Shown piece after piece: positions 1 to 18,700 of a stretch of DNA of 64,000 nt (position 1 is its first letter; every line of letters begins with the position of its first letter). The stretch spans positions 3,560,589 to 3,624,588 of the forward strand of contig CM119265.1 in assembly GCA_051294375.1 (NCBI GenBank). Direction: 5' to 3'. Both the position numbers and the translations under genes were made by a program. This DNA comes from Paraspadella gotoi. Taxonomy: Eukaryota; Animalia; Chaetognatha. The notes below the pieces were generated by a model that was not told the origin of the DNA, did not search any database, and saw nothing but the letters and a program-made list of their open reading frames with translations.

Positions 1-578
1 AGAGGAGGAAGGGGATGGAGAGAGAGAGAAAGAGAGATGAGAGAGGCAGAGAGAGGAGAGGAGGAGATAGAGAGCGTAGAAATGGAGAGAGAGAGGAGAG
101 AGAGCGAGAGATGATGAGAGAGCTTTACGAGACGAGAGAGAGAGAGTGATAACTCGCCCGAGTGAAAAAGGCGAATATAAACAGAGCAAAAAAAATCAGT
201 TTTTTGTGAGTTTTCTCGTTTGTGAATCGGGTTTTTCGGAAGGGGTGAGAAGGACTAATGGAGGAAAGGAAGAAGGGAGGAAAAAGGAAATAAATGTGGA
301 GGAAAAAGGAAACAAGGAAAAGAAGATGAAAGCATGAAGAAAGTACTCAGTACATGAATAATGTATATCTGAATATATATAACTTAATATATGTCTGAGG
401 TACAGAAAATTTTGATTGTTTTTAAAAATAATAAACAAATTTTCTACCTCAAAAAAATACTAAACGAAACGAAAAGAAAAAAACCAAACAATGATTTAAT
501 ATCTGAAAAATAAATACTAAATCTTTCCATTTTCATTTTTAAAAAATTTAGCTTAACTTAAGTCTCCAATTTCGACAG

Positions 579-2106
579 CCAATCAGAAGGGAAATGTCCA
601 TCTTCGAAGAACCAATCATCGACTCGTGTTCAAGTCCAACCGCTTGAGATTAACGTTGACTCCGTCCGAACGACGCCGATCATTTCCGGTTGCGCTCTCT
701 CTCTCTCTCNNNNNNNNNNNNNNNNNNNNNNNNNNNNNNNNNNNNNNNNNNNNNNNNNNNNNNNNNNNNNNNNNNNNNNNNNNNNNNNNNNNNNNNNNNN
801 NNNNNNNNNNNNNNNNNNNNNNNNNNNNNNNNNNNNNNNNNNNNNNNNNNNNNNNNNNNNNGGCGATGTGTTTCGGATAGGTACGTTAGGAATTAAATTG
901 TTAATAAATGGCGCATGTATTTATAATAAAGTTTATTACCAACTCTTTTCCTAAGACAAAACAACTCTGGTAAAAAAAAATACCGGTACTAAAACGGCTT
1001 TGCACCGGCCTAGCGTCGGCCCTACACCGATAGAGGGACGGCACTGTACCGGCACAGCGTCGGTCTCGTACCAGCACAGCGTCGGCCCCGAACCGGCACA
1101 AAGTCGGCCCCGCACCGGCACAGCGTCGGCCCCGCACCGGTNNNNNNNNNNNNNNNNNNNNNNNNNNNNNNNNNNNNNNNNNNNNNNNNNNNNNNNNNNN
1201 NNNNNNNNNNNNNNNNNNNNNNNNNNNNNNNNNNNNNNNNNNNNNNNNNNNNNNNNNNNNNNNNNNNNNNNNNNNNNNNNNNNNNNNNNNNNNNNNNNNN
1301 NNNNNNNNNNNNNNNNNNNNNNNNNNNNNNNNNNNNNNNNNNNNNNNNNNNNNNNNNNNNNNNNNNNNNNNNNNNNNNNNNNNNNNNNNNNNNNNNNNNN
1401 NNNNNNNNNNNNNNNNNNNNNNNNNNNNNNNNNNNNNNNNNNNNNNNNNNNNNNNNNNNNNNNNNNNNNNNNNNNNNNNNNNNNNNGAGAGAGAATCGCG
1501 CCGCAAAGCAGTGCCGCAAACCTCTGCCGCAACCTCTGCCGCAACGAGGCGCGAGGCGAAGAAGGAAAAGATGAGCTTTTTCGGCGAGAGACGAGAAGAG
1601 ATGGATATTTTGGTGTCGGCGGTTAAGGGTGAGTGGGTGGGGGGAATTGGTGGTTAATAGTGGTTATGTGGGGAACTAAATGGTTAGTGAATGGATGAGC
1701 TAATGGGTGAGTTAATGGGTGAGTTAATGGGTGAATTAACGGACGGGTTAAGGCGTGAGTTAAGGAGTGAGTAAATGGTTAAGGAAGGACAATGAAAATA
1801 TGTATATAGAATATATATTATAATGGGTGGTTAAAGAGGTGGTTGATTGAGTGGGTGAGTGTTTTAAGGGGTGATGAAGTGGGTAATAGAGAGAGTGTAT
1901 TGGTGGGTGAGTGAGTAGTTATATGTGGACAGCGAGTCGTTAATTTAATCGGTTGTCGAAGGGAAATTAAATGTGAGGTTAAATGTTTGAGTATTCTCGA
2001 CCCTCATTCGTATTTCTGTACAGGGGTGTGACCATAAATCTAATTTTGTTTATATATTTTTAATGTCTATAAGTTGGTGATTCTAGATGCAGCGAAGGTG
2101 ATGTGA
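579..2106 (+). CDS. Fragmentary 3' exons of an unidentified gene, interrupted by N gaps
   Basis: Candidate exons: ~579-688 (after cag); an exon end at ~880 (ag|GTACGT); ~1490-1628, reading ...REAKKEKMSFFGERREEMDILVSAVK and ending aag g|GTGAGT; and 2087-2106 (ttctag|at gca gcg aag gtg atg tga), which is phase-compatible. No domain recognised. Confidence 0.3.
1001..1141. repeat. GC-rich ~22-bp minisatellite (CCGCACCGGCACAGCGTCGGCC), running into an N gap
   Basis: About 6 degenerate copies are visible before the gap at 1142. Confidence 0.8.
1629..1920 (+). repeat. Degenerate GGGTGAGTTAAT tandem repeats
   Basis: Repeated GGGTGAGT(TA) units start at the putative donor at 1629. Confidence 0.65.
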
Positions 2107-3005
2107 ATTCTCCGGGTGAGAGCGAAAGCGTCACGTGACGTGACTCGTGATGAAATGAGATGAGATGTGAATTCATTTCTTTGGACGGGCGTCAGTTCTC
2201 AAACTATGGGCAGGTGTCAAATTTCCCTTGGAAACGTCCACCTTAATCATGACCCGACCTAGTTTAGTTCTTCGCTGACTAACCACCCTATTCTACTCCA
2301 CCCGACACGTTCACCACATTCACTCTGTCCCCGTGATAAAAAGTCGTTAGTGAAGTGAACTTTTTTCTGTGAAAAATCTTCGTCGGAGTCGAAGGTGAAA
2401 TTCACGGAATTCGCCGTCGATTTGACCTCAAAAAGTTTCACGATTCACCGCTCACCGCTCACCTTTTCATGTTCACCTCTTTAGATCGATGCTCACGACA
2501 TGCTCTCTCTTTATTTCGTCTATGTTTTCTTATTTTGTTTTGTTTTACTTTACTAAATTTAGCTTGTATCTATTTTCCTTACTAACATTTCTTCCTTNNN
2601 NNNNNNNNNNNNNNNNNNNNNNNNNNNNNNNNNNNNNNNNNNNNNNNNNNNNNNNNNNNNNNNNNNNNNNNNNNNNNNNNNNNNNNNNNNNNNNNNNNNN
2701 NNNNNNNNNNNNNNNNNNNNNNNNNNNNNNNNNNNNNNNNNNNNNNNNNNNNNNNNNNNNNNNNNNNNNNNNNNNNNNNNNNNNNNNNNNNNNNNNNNNN
2801 NNNNNNNNNNNNNNNNNNNNNNNNNNNNNNNNNNNNNNNNNNNNNNNNNNNNNNNNNNNNNNNNNNNNNNNNNNNNNNNNNNCCTCCATTCCTCCTTTTT
2901 TCTTTCCTCGCTTGATCCGTTGACCTCACTCGGCCTTACCTTTCCTCCTCCTCATTCATCTCTGATTCTTTTCATTTTCATCGCCTCCTTCTTCATTTAC
3001 GCCTT

Positions 3006-3124
<119 letters not shown>

Positions 3125-3592
3125 TTTTTCCAGTCAATGATCCTCGCAATCGTTTCATGACGTCAGACGCCACCTCATCTCTCCTTTTCTTTTTCTATTT
3201 TCTTCCTTCCTTTTTTTCTTTTCTTTTTCTCTTATTTTCATCTCTTTTCTATTTTCCTTTCATTTCTTTTCCTTTTCTTTTCTATATTCCTTTCTTTTCT
3301 TTTTCTTTTCTTTTCATTTCCATTTTTTTATTTGATTTTTTTATTCTCTTCTTCTTTTCTTTTTCTTGTTAATGTTAACATCAACTCTAATGTAAGTTTA
3401 GCCTACATTCAAACCTCGTAGTACGATTTTTTTTTTCAATCAGTGAAATGAANNNNNNNNNNNNNNNNNNNNNNNNNNNNNNNNNNNNNNNNNNNNNNNN
3501 NNNNNNNNNNNNNNNNNNNNNNNNNNNNNNNNNNNNNNNNNNNNNNNNNNNNNNNNNNNNNNNNNNNNNNNNNNNNNNNNNNNNNNNNNNNN

Positions 3593-3626
<34 letters not shown>

Positions 3627-4124
3627 TAGGCGCCCCAAATCACTTCCGGTAAACGGTTGGGCGCCATAAACGACGCCGGCAACGCCGCCCCATCAGCGGC
3701 CGGCGCGCAATTATGAGCGCCGTTCTCGGGTCGGCACTCTCGATTTCCTTTCTTTCCTTATTTTTTCCTTTTTTTTGGCTTATCCCTTCACCGTAATTTC
3801 TTCCACAATCCTCACTCAAACCTTACCCAATCACCGTCCAAAATAATAATCCTCACCTGTTTAAGCTTTAATCATCGCAATTCATACATAAACTGCACAA
3901 AATAACTTTCCACGTTTCACTCGTTCCGCATCGCAACCTCACTCTTAACTTTCCCCTATAACTTACCCGAAACCTTCTCTCTTTTCGTCTTTCGCATCGA
4001 AATGGCGTTTGGGCGCATTTAGCCTCAACCACTGCGCATCGAAAGAACACTGCAGAGTACAAGATTGCGGTTTCGAGCCCTGTCATTGAAAGCGAATTTG
4101 TACTTGTCTAACGAACCTTGTTTA

Positions 4125-5869
4125 TGAACATATCGAAATTCGAAATTAGAAATTAAAAAGTGATTAAATCTCACCATTGCCGACGGAACATTACACGTTT
4201 AACTTTAAATATTTAAACATTTAAACCTTTTTCTACGAAAATGACGACGAATTTCCTGGGATAAACTCTACATTTCACTTTTCGTCTCTCCGTCCGTCCA
4301 TCTGTCCTATTGACGTTTTAACCCCGAAAATCGATCCCGAGAATTTCTGCATTCTCGAACCCGACAGTTTTCGGTCTAGAGAGTCACGCCTGCATCCGAA
4401 TCATTTTTATTATTTAATGCACCTGGCAGAGATCATCCTGCCACCTGGAAAGCAGAGGGAAATCTTCCTCTGCACCTGCGACGATTTTGAGCGGAAATCG
4501 AGCGAAACGCGGTTTCGTCACAAAGGGGGCGNNNNNNNNNNNNNNNNNNNNNNNNNNNNNNNNNNNNNNNNNNNNNNNNNNNNNNNNNNNNNNNNNNNNN
4601 NNNNNNNNNNNNNNNNNNNNNNNNNNNNNNNNNNNNNNNNNNNNNNNNNNNNNNNNNNNNNNNNNNNNNNNNNNNNNNNNNNNNNNNNNNNNNNNNNNNN
4701 NNNNNNNNNNNNNNNNNNNNNNNNNNNNNNNNNNNNNNNNNNNNNNTATATATAAATATTTACTATTTACATCGATATCAATGTTGAATAGTAAAGTAAA
4801 ATAAAAATATCATAATCTCGCATATGACCCAAACAAAAACAACGATCATAAAATAATAACTTAGCTTTTCAGAAAATAGATATTGACATAGCAGTTTGAA
4901 CTCAATGCATGAAAGAATTTCGGAAGCCTAAATGCGATTTGACTCACCCAACGCAGAGAGAAAGGAGAGAGAGAGAGAGAGAGAGAGAGNNNNNNNNNNN
5001 NNNNNNNNNNNNNNAAAAAAAAGAGAGAGATTGTTTAGACATATCGGAAATTAGAAAATTAGAAAATTAAAAGTTGATTAAATCTCACCAATTGCCGACG
5101 AACATTACACGTTTAACTTTAAAATATTAAACATTTAAACTTTTCTAACGAAATGGACGACGAATTTCCTGGGATATTAACTCTACATTTTCACTTTTCG
5201 TCTCTCCGTCCGTCCTATTGACTTTTAACCCACCGAAATCGATCCGAGAATATCTGCATTCTCGGAACCGACAGTTTTCAAGTCGAGAGAGTCACTTCTG
5301 CATCCGAATCATTTTATTATTTAAATGCACCTGGCAGAGATGCATCTGCCACCTGGAAAGGCAAAAGAGGGAAATCCTTTCCTCTGCACCCTGCGACCGA
5401 TTTGACGGAAAATCGAAGCGAACGCGTTTCGTCACAAGGGGGCGGAGGGGGCGTGGGGAGGGTGGTGGCGGTGGCGGCGGTGGCCGGTGGCGGTGGCGGT
5501 GGTGCGTGGCAAGCGGTGGCGTGGCGTTGGCGCGTGGGAGACAGTATGTGGGGGGGGAGAAGTTTTTGGGGCCCCCCCAGAAACCCTTCAGGTTTTTTGA
5601 AAATAGAAATACCGGAAAAGACGAAAAGTAATTTTGATAAGAAAATTTAATTATATAGTAATATTTTACTATTTACAATCGGATATTCAATGTTGAATAG
5701 TAAAGTTAAAATAAAAAATATCATAATCTCGCAATATGAACCAAACAAAAACAACGAAATCATAAATAATAACTTAGCTTTTCAAGAAAATGATATTGAC
5801 ATAGCAGTTTGAACTCAAGTGCATGAAAGAAATTTCGGAAGCCTAAATGCGATTGACTTCACCCAACGC

Positions 5870-5880
<11 letters not shown>
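4125..5880 (+). repeat. Direct duplication of ~850 bp (4125-4975 / 5035-5880), probably assembly redundancy
   Basis: The copies are near-identical and differ mostly by single-base indels. They are separated by a short N gap, and copy 2 fills the N gap of copy 1. Confidence 0.8.
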
Positions 5881-9480
<3,600 letters not shown>

Positions 9481-10194
9481 AAACCGTCCGCATGTAAAGG
9501 AATGGAATCTTAATTCCAATCTGTATCCATTCCACGTTCTTTGGTTCCAAGTCGATCCTTTTTCCGGTTGCTGCAATTCATTTCTCGGCGCCCAAGGCCG
9601 TAACGACGATAATTTTCTACGCCTGTGACGACGACGCCGCTTTTTTCTGAACGACGCCGCCTTCGAAAGAGACGATGCCGGTAGAGAACGGCGCCCAACC
9701 TTCGGTCCACCCCGCTCCTCTGGAAACTTTCCCTACCCACTGAGGCCTTACCTCTTTTTCTTTAAGCTATTTAACTTACTTCACACTTACCCCATTGAAG
9801 ATCCCCCTTTACTCTTTCCTCTCTCCGAAAACTATGAACCTTTTCTTTCACTTTATCCATTTTCTTATTTACTTTCCTAACTCAATCTAATTCTCCTTCG
9901 CTTTCAATTATTTCAACTGATTTCCTTTTTTTTTTCATCCCTCACATTTTGACTCTTTCTTCTTTCCTTCCTTTTCTTTTACTTTCCTCCATTTTCATTT
10001 CTCCCTTTCCTCTTCTTTAAATCCTCTCTCTCAACGACGACTGCTCTTTTATTTCCTACCTCACTTCTTCTTTTCCTCCCTTCTCTTCCTAACTCACTCC
10101 TCCCCTTTCTCTTTTCTTCCTCCCCCACGACTTGATTATGGGTCTGATATGATTGATGATCGCGTAATCATCTCTTCTCGCTTCCCTCTCTCTC

Positions 10195-11797
10195 AGAGAG
10201 AGCGACGAGAGAGACTTCGTTAAAAGGGGACGATTACACGCGCAAGAAAATCGTCTCTCCGTTTTAAACGAACCGCGGAGAACTTCGGTTTTATCGTTTT
10301 TTTTATTATCATTTTATTATTATTTTTAATTATTATTTAATTCTTACGGCGACTTTCTGTATAATTAATTCGTAAAGGAAAAGGAAAGGAATCGTAAAAA
10401 ATAGGATTTAGATGAGGCGAGAATTTTTAAACGGGGATTTGGAAGTTAAGCCGGAATAAGGGGAGGAGAAACGGCAAGGGGTGGAGGAGGAGAGGGATGG
10501 AAAGGGAAGGAGGTAGGGAGAGGGAGGAATGAGAGGGAGGTGAGGAGGAGAGATGGAGGAAAATGGGGCAGGAAGAGGAGGGAGGAGAGAGGGAGGGCGG
10601 AGGAGGATAGAGGGAGGAACAGGAGAGAAGGGGGAGAGAGAGGGAGGCAGAGAGGGAAGGAGCCGAGAAGAAGAGAGAGGGAGGAAAGGGATGGGGGGAG
10701 AAGGAGAGAGGGAGGAAGGAGGAGGGAGGAGAGAGGCGAAGTGGCGGAGGACGGGAGAAGAGACAGGGAAAGGGAGAGAGAAAGGGAGGAGAGAGGGAGA
10801 AAAATGAAGGGGAGAAAGGAGAGATGGATGAGGAAGGATCCACCTTATAAAGTTAATAGTAAATAATTTGGACTAAGGCCTTTATTCTCTTTAGATTTAC
10901 CAAATACCATGTATTATGTAATTAAAAATTAAATATTCATTAAATTGTCAACTTCCGGTTATCGTTCAACGGACCAAAAGCGACACGAAGCTTTACTTAC
11001 GAAGAAGTAAGTTGCGAAGCTAAGACGCGGGTGATTGGGATAAGGACAAGGTTATCGGTCGGGAGGTGCTGTCAGCGACGGGTCCGCTTTGATCAAGCAC
11101 ACCAAGACCGAAGAACATAAAGGTTCAGTTTGTCGTCGGTCGAGATGAGCTCGAGGGAAAAAACGGGCCGTCACATTTCAGAGGACGTCACTTTCAGAGG
11201 GTCACTTTTTTTTCGTAGGAGGTCAGCAGTTTAGCGGGAAGGAATTTCGGCGTCCACTTTTGTATGAATCGTCTTTTAGTGTCGAGCGGGTGGGGGCGGC
11301 GGATGGTAGAGGGCGGAGCGAGTGGAAGTCGTTCGTTGTGCAGTAGACCTGATTCCACGGGCTTCGTCGGCGTTCGTCTTGTTGTTGTTGTTTGTTGTCG
11401 CGTGGGCACCGATTGGGAAAGGCAGAAAGAGAGCGGGGAAAAGCAAGGCATGGTGAGATAAAGGTGTGACATGAGAATTTTTAGATGACAAGGAGGACAC
11501 AGGAACACAGCGTAGGTCGTGAATTAGTGGATATGGTCAGCAACGAGGCTGAATTGGGATTGGTGATCTGCGTTCATGCAAAGAGGTGATTGGGGATTGG
11601 TGACTATGGTCAGCATTGAGCTCTCAAAATAAGATATAATAGGAGAATTTCGGCGATGCCAAATTCCCAGGGCAAGGACCAAATAGCAGAAAGGTCATTT
11701 TCGCCAAACGTGGGGAGTTAATCGAATGAGAAAAGTCTTCTCAATTTGGGCGTGAACTCTCTCTCTCTTCTCTTCTCTCTCTCTCTCTTCTCTCTCT

Positions 11798-11828
<31 letters not shown>

Positions 11829-12101
11829 TCTTCTCTCTCTCTCTCTCTCTTTCTCCCGAGAAAAATAAGGGGCGAGAGTCATTCACGCCTGTAGGGGTCT
11901 CCCCTATGAAAAGGGAACAGGGTTGAGTCAATTGCGGCGGGTCAAAAAAAAAAGAAGATGGGCGGCCAAACAAAGAACGCCGTTCTCGAGATCAAACCGC
12001 AAAATGGCCATAAACGGTTGGGTGGGGAAAGGAGGAGGGGCGGTGGGGGTTTGGAGGTTTTGGGAGACGCCATTTTGCGGTCGATTTCTGCCCCTGTGAA
12101 T

Positions 12102-12180
<79 letters not shown>

Positions 12181-12735
12181 NNNNNNNNNNNNNNNNNNNN
12201 NNNNNNNNNNNNNNNNNNNNNNNNNNNNNNNNNNNNNNNNNNNNNNNNNNNNNNNNNNNNNNNNNNNNNNNNNNNNNNNNNNNNNNNNNNNNNNNNNNNN
12301 NNNNNNNNNNNNNNNNNNNNNNNNNNNNNNNNNNNNNNNNNNNNNNNNNNNNNNNNNNNNNNNNNNNNNNNNNNNNNNNNNNNNNNNNNNNNNNNNNNNN
12401 NNNNNNNNNNNNNNNNNNNNNNNNNNNNNNNNNNNNNNNNNNNNNNNNNNNNNNNNNNNNNNNNNNNNNNNNNNNNNNNNNNNNNNNNNNNNNNNNNNNN
12501 NNNNNNNNNNNNNNNNNNNNNNNTTAAATAATAATAAAATAATAATAAAATGATAATAAAAAACCCGATAAAACGAAGTTCTCGCGGTTCGTTAAAAACG
12601 GAGAGNNNNNNNNNNAAATGATAATAAAAAAAACCGATAAAACGAAGTTCTCGCGGTTCGTTTAAAACGGAGAGACGTTTTCTTGCCCGTCGTAATCGTC
12701 CCCTTTTAACGAAGTCTCTCTCTCGCTCTCTCTCT
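10195..12735. repeat. Inverted repeat pair of ~145 bp (10195-10340 vs 12524-12735)
   Basis: GAGACTTCGTTAAAAGGGGACGATTAC...AACCGCGGAGAACTTCG on the left is matched in reverse complement at 12640-12720. Confidence 0.8.
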
Positions 12736-15700
12736 TTCTCGCTCTCTCGCTCTCTCTCTTTCCCGCTCTCTCGCTCTCTCTGTTTGTGTTCTCATTTCAT
12801 CATCGGCGAAAACTTCGATATGATTTACCCACAATTGGCGGTTGAACCTCATTCAACCAAAGTTCTGATACCCTAATTCTTCAATGCTGTAATCCCTTCA
12901 ACCTTTTGCAAGTGTCCTTAAAACGTTCGCCTTTACCCTAATTCCTGTCCTTGAATTAGATATTCAATTAAAAGAAATTATTGAATTTATCTATTAATAT
13001 TATAACATCACAAATTCCGGAAATACAAACCACAGTCATAAGCACCCTTTTTTGATTTAAAATACCATCCCGGTAATTAGCTACATAACTTCTCGCTAAT
13101 AATTCCTGAACTTTTTTTCAATAACTGTTANNNNNNNNNNNNNNNNNNNNNNNNNNNNNNNNNNNNNNNNNNNNNNNNNNNNNNNNNNNNNNNNNNNNNN
13201 NNNNNNNNNNNNNNNNNNNNNNNNNNNNNNNNNNNNNNNNNNNNNNNNNNNNNNNNNNNNNNNNNNNNNNNNNNNNNNNNNNNNNNNNNNNNNNNNNNNN
13301 NNNNNNNNNNNNNNNNNNNNNNNNNNNNNNNNNNNNNNNNNNNNNNNNNNNNNNNNNNNNNNNNNNNNNNNNNNNNNNNNNNNNNNNNNNNNNNNNNNNN
13401 NNNNNNNNNNNNNNNNNNNNNNNNNNNNNNNNNNNNNNNNNNNNNNNNNNNNNNNNNNNNNNNNNNNNNNNNNNNNNNAGAAGATTCGGGAAGTTGTTAC
13501 GGAAGCTAAGGATATTAGGCATTAGAAAAATCGAGCTCAGCCTTAGTAAAACAAAATGTGTTATTAACTCATTTATCAAGCCATCACGTTGGGAAGGAAC
13601 CGATAAAAGCACTTTCAACAAGGAAATGATTAAAATACATATGCAAATTACAATATAAAAAAACAGACTGCTGAATCAAAAATTAGTAGAAAGAAATATC
13701 AAAGAATTAGAACCAGAAGAAAATGGAGAGATAGAGAGAGATGATTTAAAAGGATAGGGTTGAAAGTTAGAGGAAGATTGGAGACGAAAGAGGAAGACAA
13801 AGAGGAAAAGAGAGAGGTAAACCATAAATGAGAGGCAGACACGAGGGGAAGAAGCAGAGGAGAGGAGACGAGGAGAGAGGGAGGAGAGAGAGAGAGACGA
13901 TGATTCCAGCGCGCGACTTCTCCTTCGACCGGAAGTTGTAGCGACGCATAATGATGCAACTATATCATCTTTTTCTTTCTCCCGCCGGTTTTTAATTAAG
14001 AGAGAGAGAGAGCAGAGAGAGAGGAGAGACGAGAGAGAGAGTAGAGGCGTGGTCTGAGACATGGCATGAAATTTCTTACGCAGAGTAGCATGAGAGCAAG
14101 AGAGAGAGAGAGCGCAGAGAGAGAGTGTGACTGATATGTCTAAAACCCACATCTGCGGCCTGCCTCACTCGTTTTAACTCGCGGAAAACGCCCGCCGCCG
14201 CGCTCACGCCGCAGCCGCAGCCGGCCGCAGCCGCCGGCGCGCGCTGTCGTCACAGTCAGCATAATTCTCTACCAAAATTACATTTGGTCGTCGAATCTTT
14301 CAAGTTTCCTGAGTCTCCTTACCTTATAGGTTTGTAAAAATCTCAGTCGTATCTCAAACTCAGAAACAAAGTTCAAATTACGTACATTTTTATATTATTT
14401 AATGTAATTGTCGTTCGTATATGTTTGAAAGTATCAGCATCAGAATCTGATATGAATAAAACACCTCATTGCTATAATAAACAAAGTTGTTTTCTTGAAC
14501 TGAGTCTTAACCGATATTTAAACATACTTACTTACAATAGTCATAAACGAACACAAATTCCATCTCTTTCTCTTCGATTCGCTAATTTCCTAATTTCCCT
14601 AAACGCAGAAAATAGAAGAAGAATAAAAATAAAAATAAAAATGAAACAATAAAACAATAAAAATGACTTCGAATCTATTTGTCATTTTTTCTCAGAGTTC
14701 ATTACCTGACTCAAATCATTTCTCGACCATTTTAGTCCAAAAAAAAGAGAGAAGTTATGATGTGGCTACATAAAATAATTATGTTTAATAATGTTTCGAT
14801 GCGAATTCTCTCTTTCATCATTTATTTTGAAAACAAAGTCAAGTTGAGCTTAAGAAAAATATATTGTGTTGTATAGATGCTCCCTCTATTTCCAGAAGAC
14901 AACACTGACTTCCCCTTCCCAAATTAAATTATTAGATAAATAAAACATTTTTTAAAAAAGAAAGCAATATATGTTTGATTAAATAATATAGATTAAATAC
15001 TAAATCCTTCATAAAAATATTAAAATATTAAAATAGAAAAATAGAAAATAGTGAAACAAGTAATTTGCAAATTTTCATATAATCTCTGAACTTTTCTTTT
15101 TATCTTTTGTTTTTCAAAATCATTTTTACGACAACAAAAAAAGCGTAAATTTGGTTTTATTTTCGGTCCATTAACTGCGAGCAGATTGGGCGGCGGCTTC
15201 GGCGTCGGGGGAGGCGGCGGCGGCGGTGGCGGCGGCGGCGGCGGCGGCGGTGGGGTAATCGGCGAACGTCCCTAATGTCCGAACACCGCCGCAAAAACGA
15301 CTCGCGTACCGATGACAAAAAGTACAAAAAATGACATCAGGCAAAATGGTGGGGAGGGTGAACGTCTTAATCAGCGTGGTGTCAGCAGCAGCGGCGGCGG
15401 CGGCGGCGGCGGCGGCGGTGGCTGCACCCTAACATGACGCGACGAGGATCATTAAGACATGAAAAAAAATGTGTTTTTTCTTTCTTTTTTTTTTCTTTTA
15501 ATCATGAAAAGTCAAGACTCATGATTTGCATATTTCGTTCTCATCTTGTTTCCGTCAAATTTATTACATCATAAATCATTTCAGAGTCGCTTTTAAATTT
15601 GGAATATTCACTTGACTTTTCATGATTTATTTATCGTTTAACCTTTAGTTTAGTCTTTTTTATTGTTTACGAACCGATTCATCAATTGACTGAGTAAGCT

Positions 15701-15741
15701 TTTTCAATAAAGAATCTTTTTTTATGAATAGAATTAATATA

Positions 15742-18700
15742 CAGTACCGAAACCTAGAATGTCGTAAGTCTTGACATGTAAAACTTTTCCATTATAGGAA
15801 AATGGCTTTAGGATTTTATAGTAGTGTCTGGATTGGTCTGGCTATTGCCCATTTTAGGCCAATTTTCAATAAATATATCCTAACCTCTTAAAAATTGGGT
15901 TCAAATTTTTTTTGTTAAAAACTTGCATAGCTCTAAGTATATTTGAAATTTTTTCTTAAAATTTTGCTAACTTTGTACTCAAGAGGTTTGTAAACTTCCT
16001 GTAGAAATATTGTTACATAAAAAATTTTTTTGCCATTTTTTGCAGTCTGATATTTTGATGGTCATTTTTTCAATGAGCCATAACTTCCTTATTTGTGAAT
16101 ATTTATGGTTTTAAATTTTAGTCATAAGTGGGCCTTGGGTAGTCCTGCCATTGCATATAAATTTCCCAGTTCATTTTAAAAAAAAACTTTTTGCACAGGC
16201 CCCCAAAAATTTTTTTTTACAAAATTCAATTGTCAATTCCTGCTAAAAATTATTAATTGCAATATGTTATTCTTGCCTATAAATCAGTTAAACATATTCA
16301 AAATAACCTAAAGCAAAAAATTTCTCAACATTTTGAAGAAACTGCATTTGCATATTGTTGCATTTTAATCATTTTTCAAGTTTTTTTACTCTAAAAGTAA
16401 TCATTTTTTAAAATTTGGTTTGACGATAGCTATATCATCAAACCATTTACAAATATACCATGCAAACCTAAATTTAATAAATTTAAAATATTTTAATATT
16501 TTTTAATATATTATTAAAAATTATAATTTTAATAAGCATTCTGCTAACTTTTTCAATGTGGGCATCATTAAAAAGAGGGCAACTGAGGATTCTAAAATAT
16601 AATAATTTTTTACCAAATTTAATGTCCCAAAGCTGAGTTAATTCTTTTCAAATGGTCAGAAAATTAAAAAAAACATACTTTTTAAAAACCTTTTATAAAA
16701 ATGCGGCTATGATAGCTTTGTTTCAATAACTTAGGCAATTAGGTCAAGAATTGTTTCATATTTTTGGTGGTAGTTGACATGGTCCAGCGAATAAAAGAAA
16801 TATATAAGTAGAGTTCCTCAACCTCGATTTTAAATTTGGCCAGAAAATTTTACTCTTTTTTACCAAATTTTACCGTTCGCTGAAACTGTTTTTCCGATTA
16901 CACAAAATAAATTTGAGAAATAAAGAAATTAATAGTACCAATAGCTTGGTGTTATGTTTCAAATAAATGGGAAAAAAATTCTCGTTAAAAATTTTATCTG
17001 GAACAGGGTAAACTAAGCTTTACCAATGGCATTCGTCCAAGCCAATCGTTCTTTCAAATAATTTTTGTTTTTATTTAATACATTTGAAAGGGAAAAAAAG
17101 AAAAATTTCGGAATGCAAGCTGGCTATGAAACGGTACAAATAATTGTACATTTGTGACTTGACAATCTATGCCCTTTTATGTCTTGGCTAATGGGGGCAT
17201 GTAAATAAACCTAAAAAATTTAATCATTAAGTCAATCAATCAACCCTTTCAAATAGGTTGTTCTGCCGAATTTTTTTAGGGGAGAAAAAAATCTTTTTAG
17301 TGAAGAAAAAAAATTTCGCGGAACAGTCCATTTGAAAGGGTTGATTGGACTGACTTAATGATTGAATTTTTGGGTTTATTTACTGCCCCATTTACCCAAA
17401 GACATTAAAAGGCATGATTTATCAAGTCACGATGTCCAGATTATCTGTACCTTTTCATGCCAACCAGCATTCGACTTTTCTTTTTTCCCTTTCAAAATGT
17501 AATTAAATAAAAAAAATATTTAAGAACGATTGGCATGGACGATGCCATTGCGTAAGTCTTAGTTACCCCTGGTCCAGATCAAATTTTTTTAAACCCGAGG
17601 TTTTTTTTCCTTCTATTTCAAACCATAACACCAACTAGTGGCTACTAAAAATTCTATATTTTTCAATTCTATTTTTGTGTAATCAGAGAAACATTAGGCG
17701 TACTCTATAACTGGTAAAAAAGGGTAAAATGTTCTGCCAAATTTTTAAAAATCGATTGAGGAATCTACTATAATATTTCTTATTCCCTGGTACATGTCAC
17801 AACCACCAAAATGATGAACAATCTTGACCTAATTGCCAAGTATTGAAGCAAAGCTATCATAGCCGCATTTTTTTATAAAGTTTAAAAGAGTAGTGTATTT
17901 TTTAAATTTTTGAACCACTTTGGAAAAGATCTATCTCAGCTTTGGACATTAAATTTTGGTAAAAAAATGTATATATTTAGAATCCTCGAGTGCCCTCTTT
18001 CAATGATGCCCACATTGAAAAAGTTAGCAGAATGCTTATTAAAATTATAATTTTTAATAATATTTTAAAAAGATATTAAAAATAATTTAAAATTTATTTA
18101 AAAATTAAGGTTTTGATGCGTATATTTGAAAAGGTTTGATGGTATACTATCGTCAAAACCAAATTTTAAAAATGGATTACTTTTAGGTAAAAAAAATTGA
18201 AAAAGATAAAATGCAACAATACTGCCAAATGAGTTTTTTTAGAAAATGTTGAGAAAAATTTTTTGCTTTAGGGTTTATTTTTGAATATGTTTTTAACTGA
18301 TTTATAGGCAAAGAATAACAATTATTTGCAATTAATATTTTTAGCAGGATTGACAATTGAATTTTGTAAAAAAATTTTGGCCTGTGCCAAAAGTTTTTAA
18401 AATGACTGAAATTTATATGCAATGCAGGACTACCAAGGGTCCCACTTATTACTAAATTAAAACCATAATATTCACAAAATAAGGAAGTTATGCATCATTA
18501 AAAAATTGACCATCAAAAATTCAGCACTGATAAAAATGGCAAAAATTTTTTTATAGTAACAATTATTTTACCAGGAAGTTACAACCTCTTGAGTAAAGTT
18601 AGCAAAATTTTAAGAAAATTTCAAAATATATTAGAGCTATGCCAAGTTTTAACAAAAAATTTGACCAATTTTTAAGAGCGTTTAGGATTATTTATTTGAA

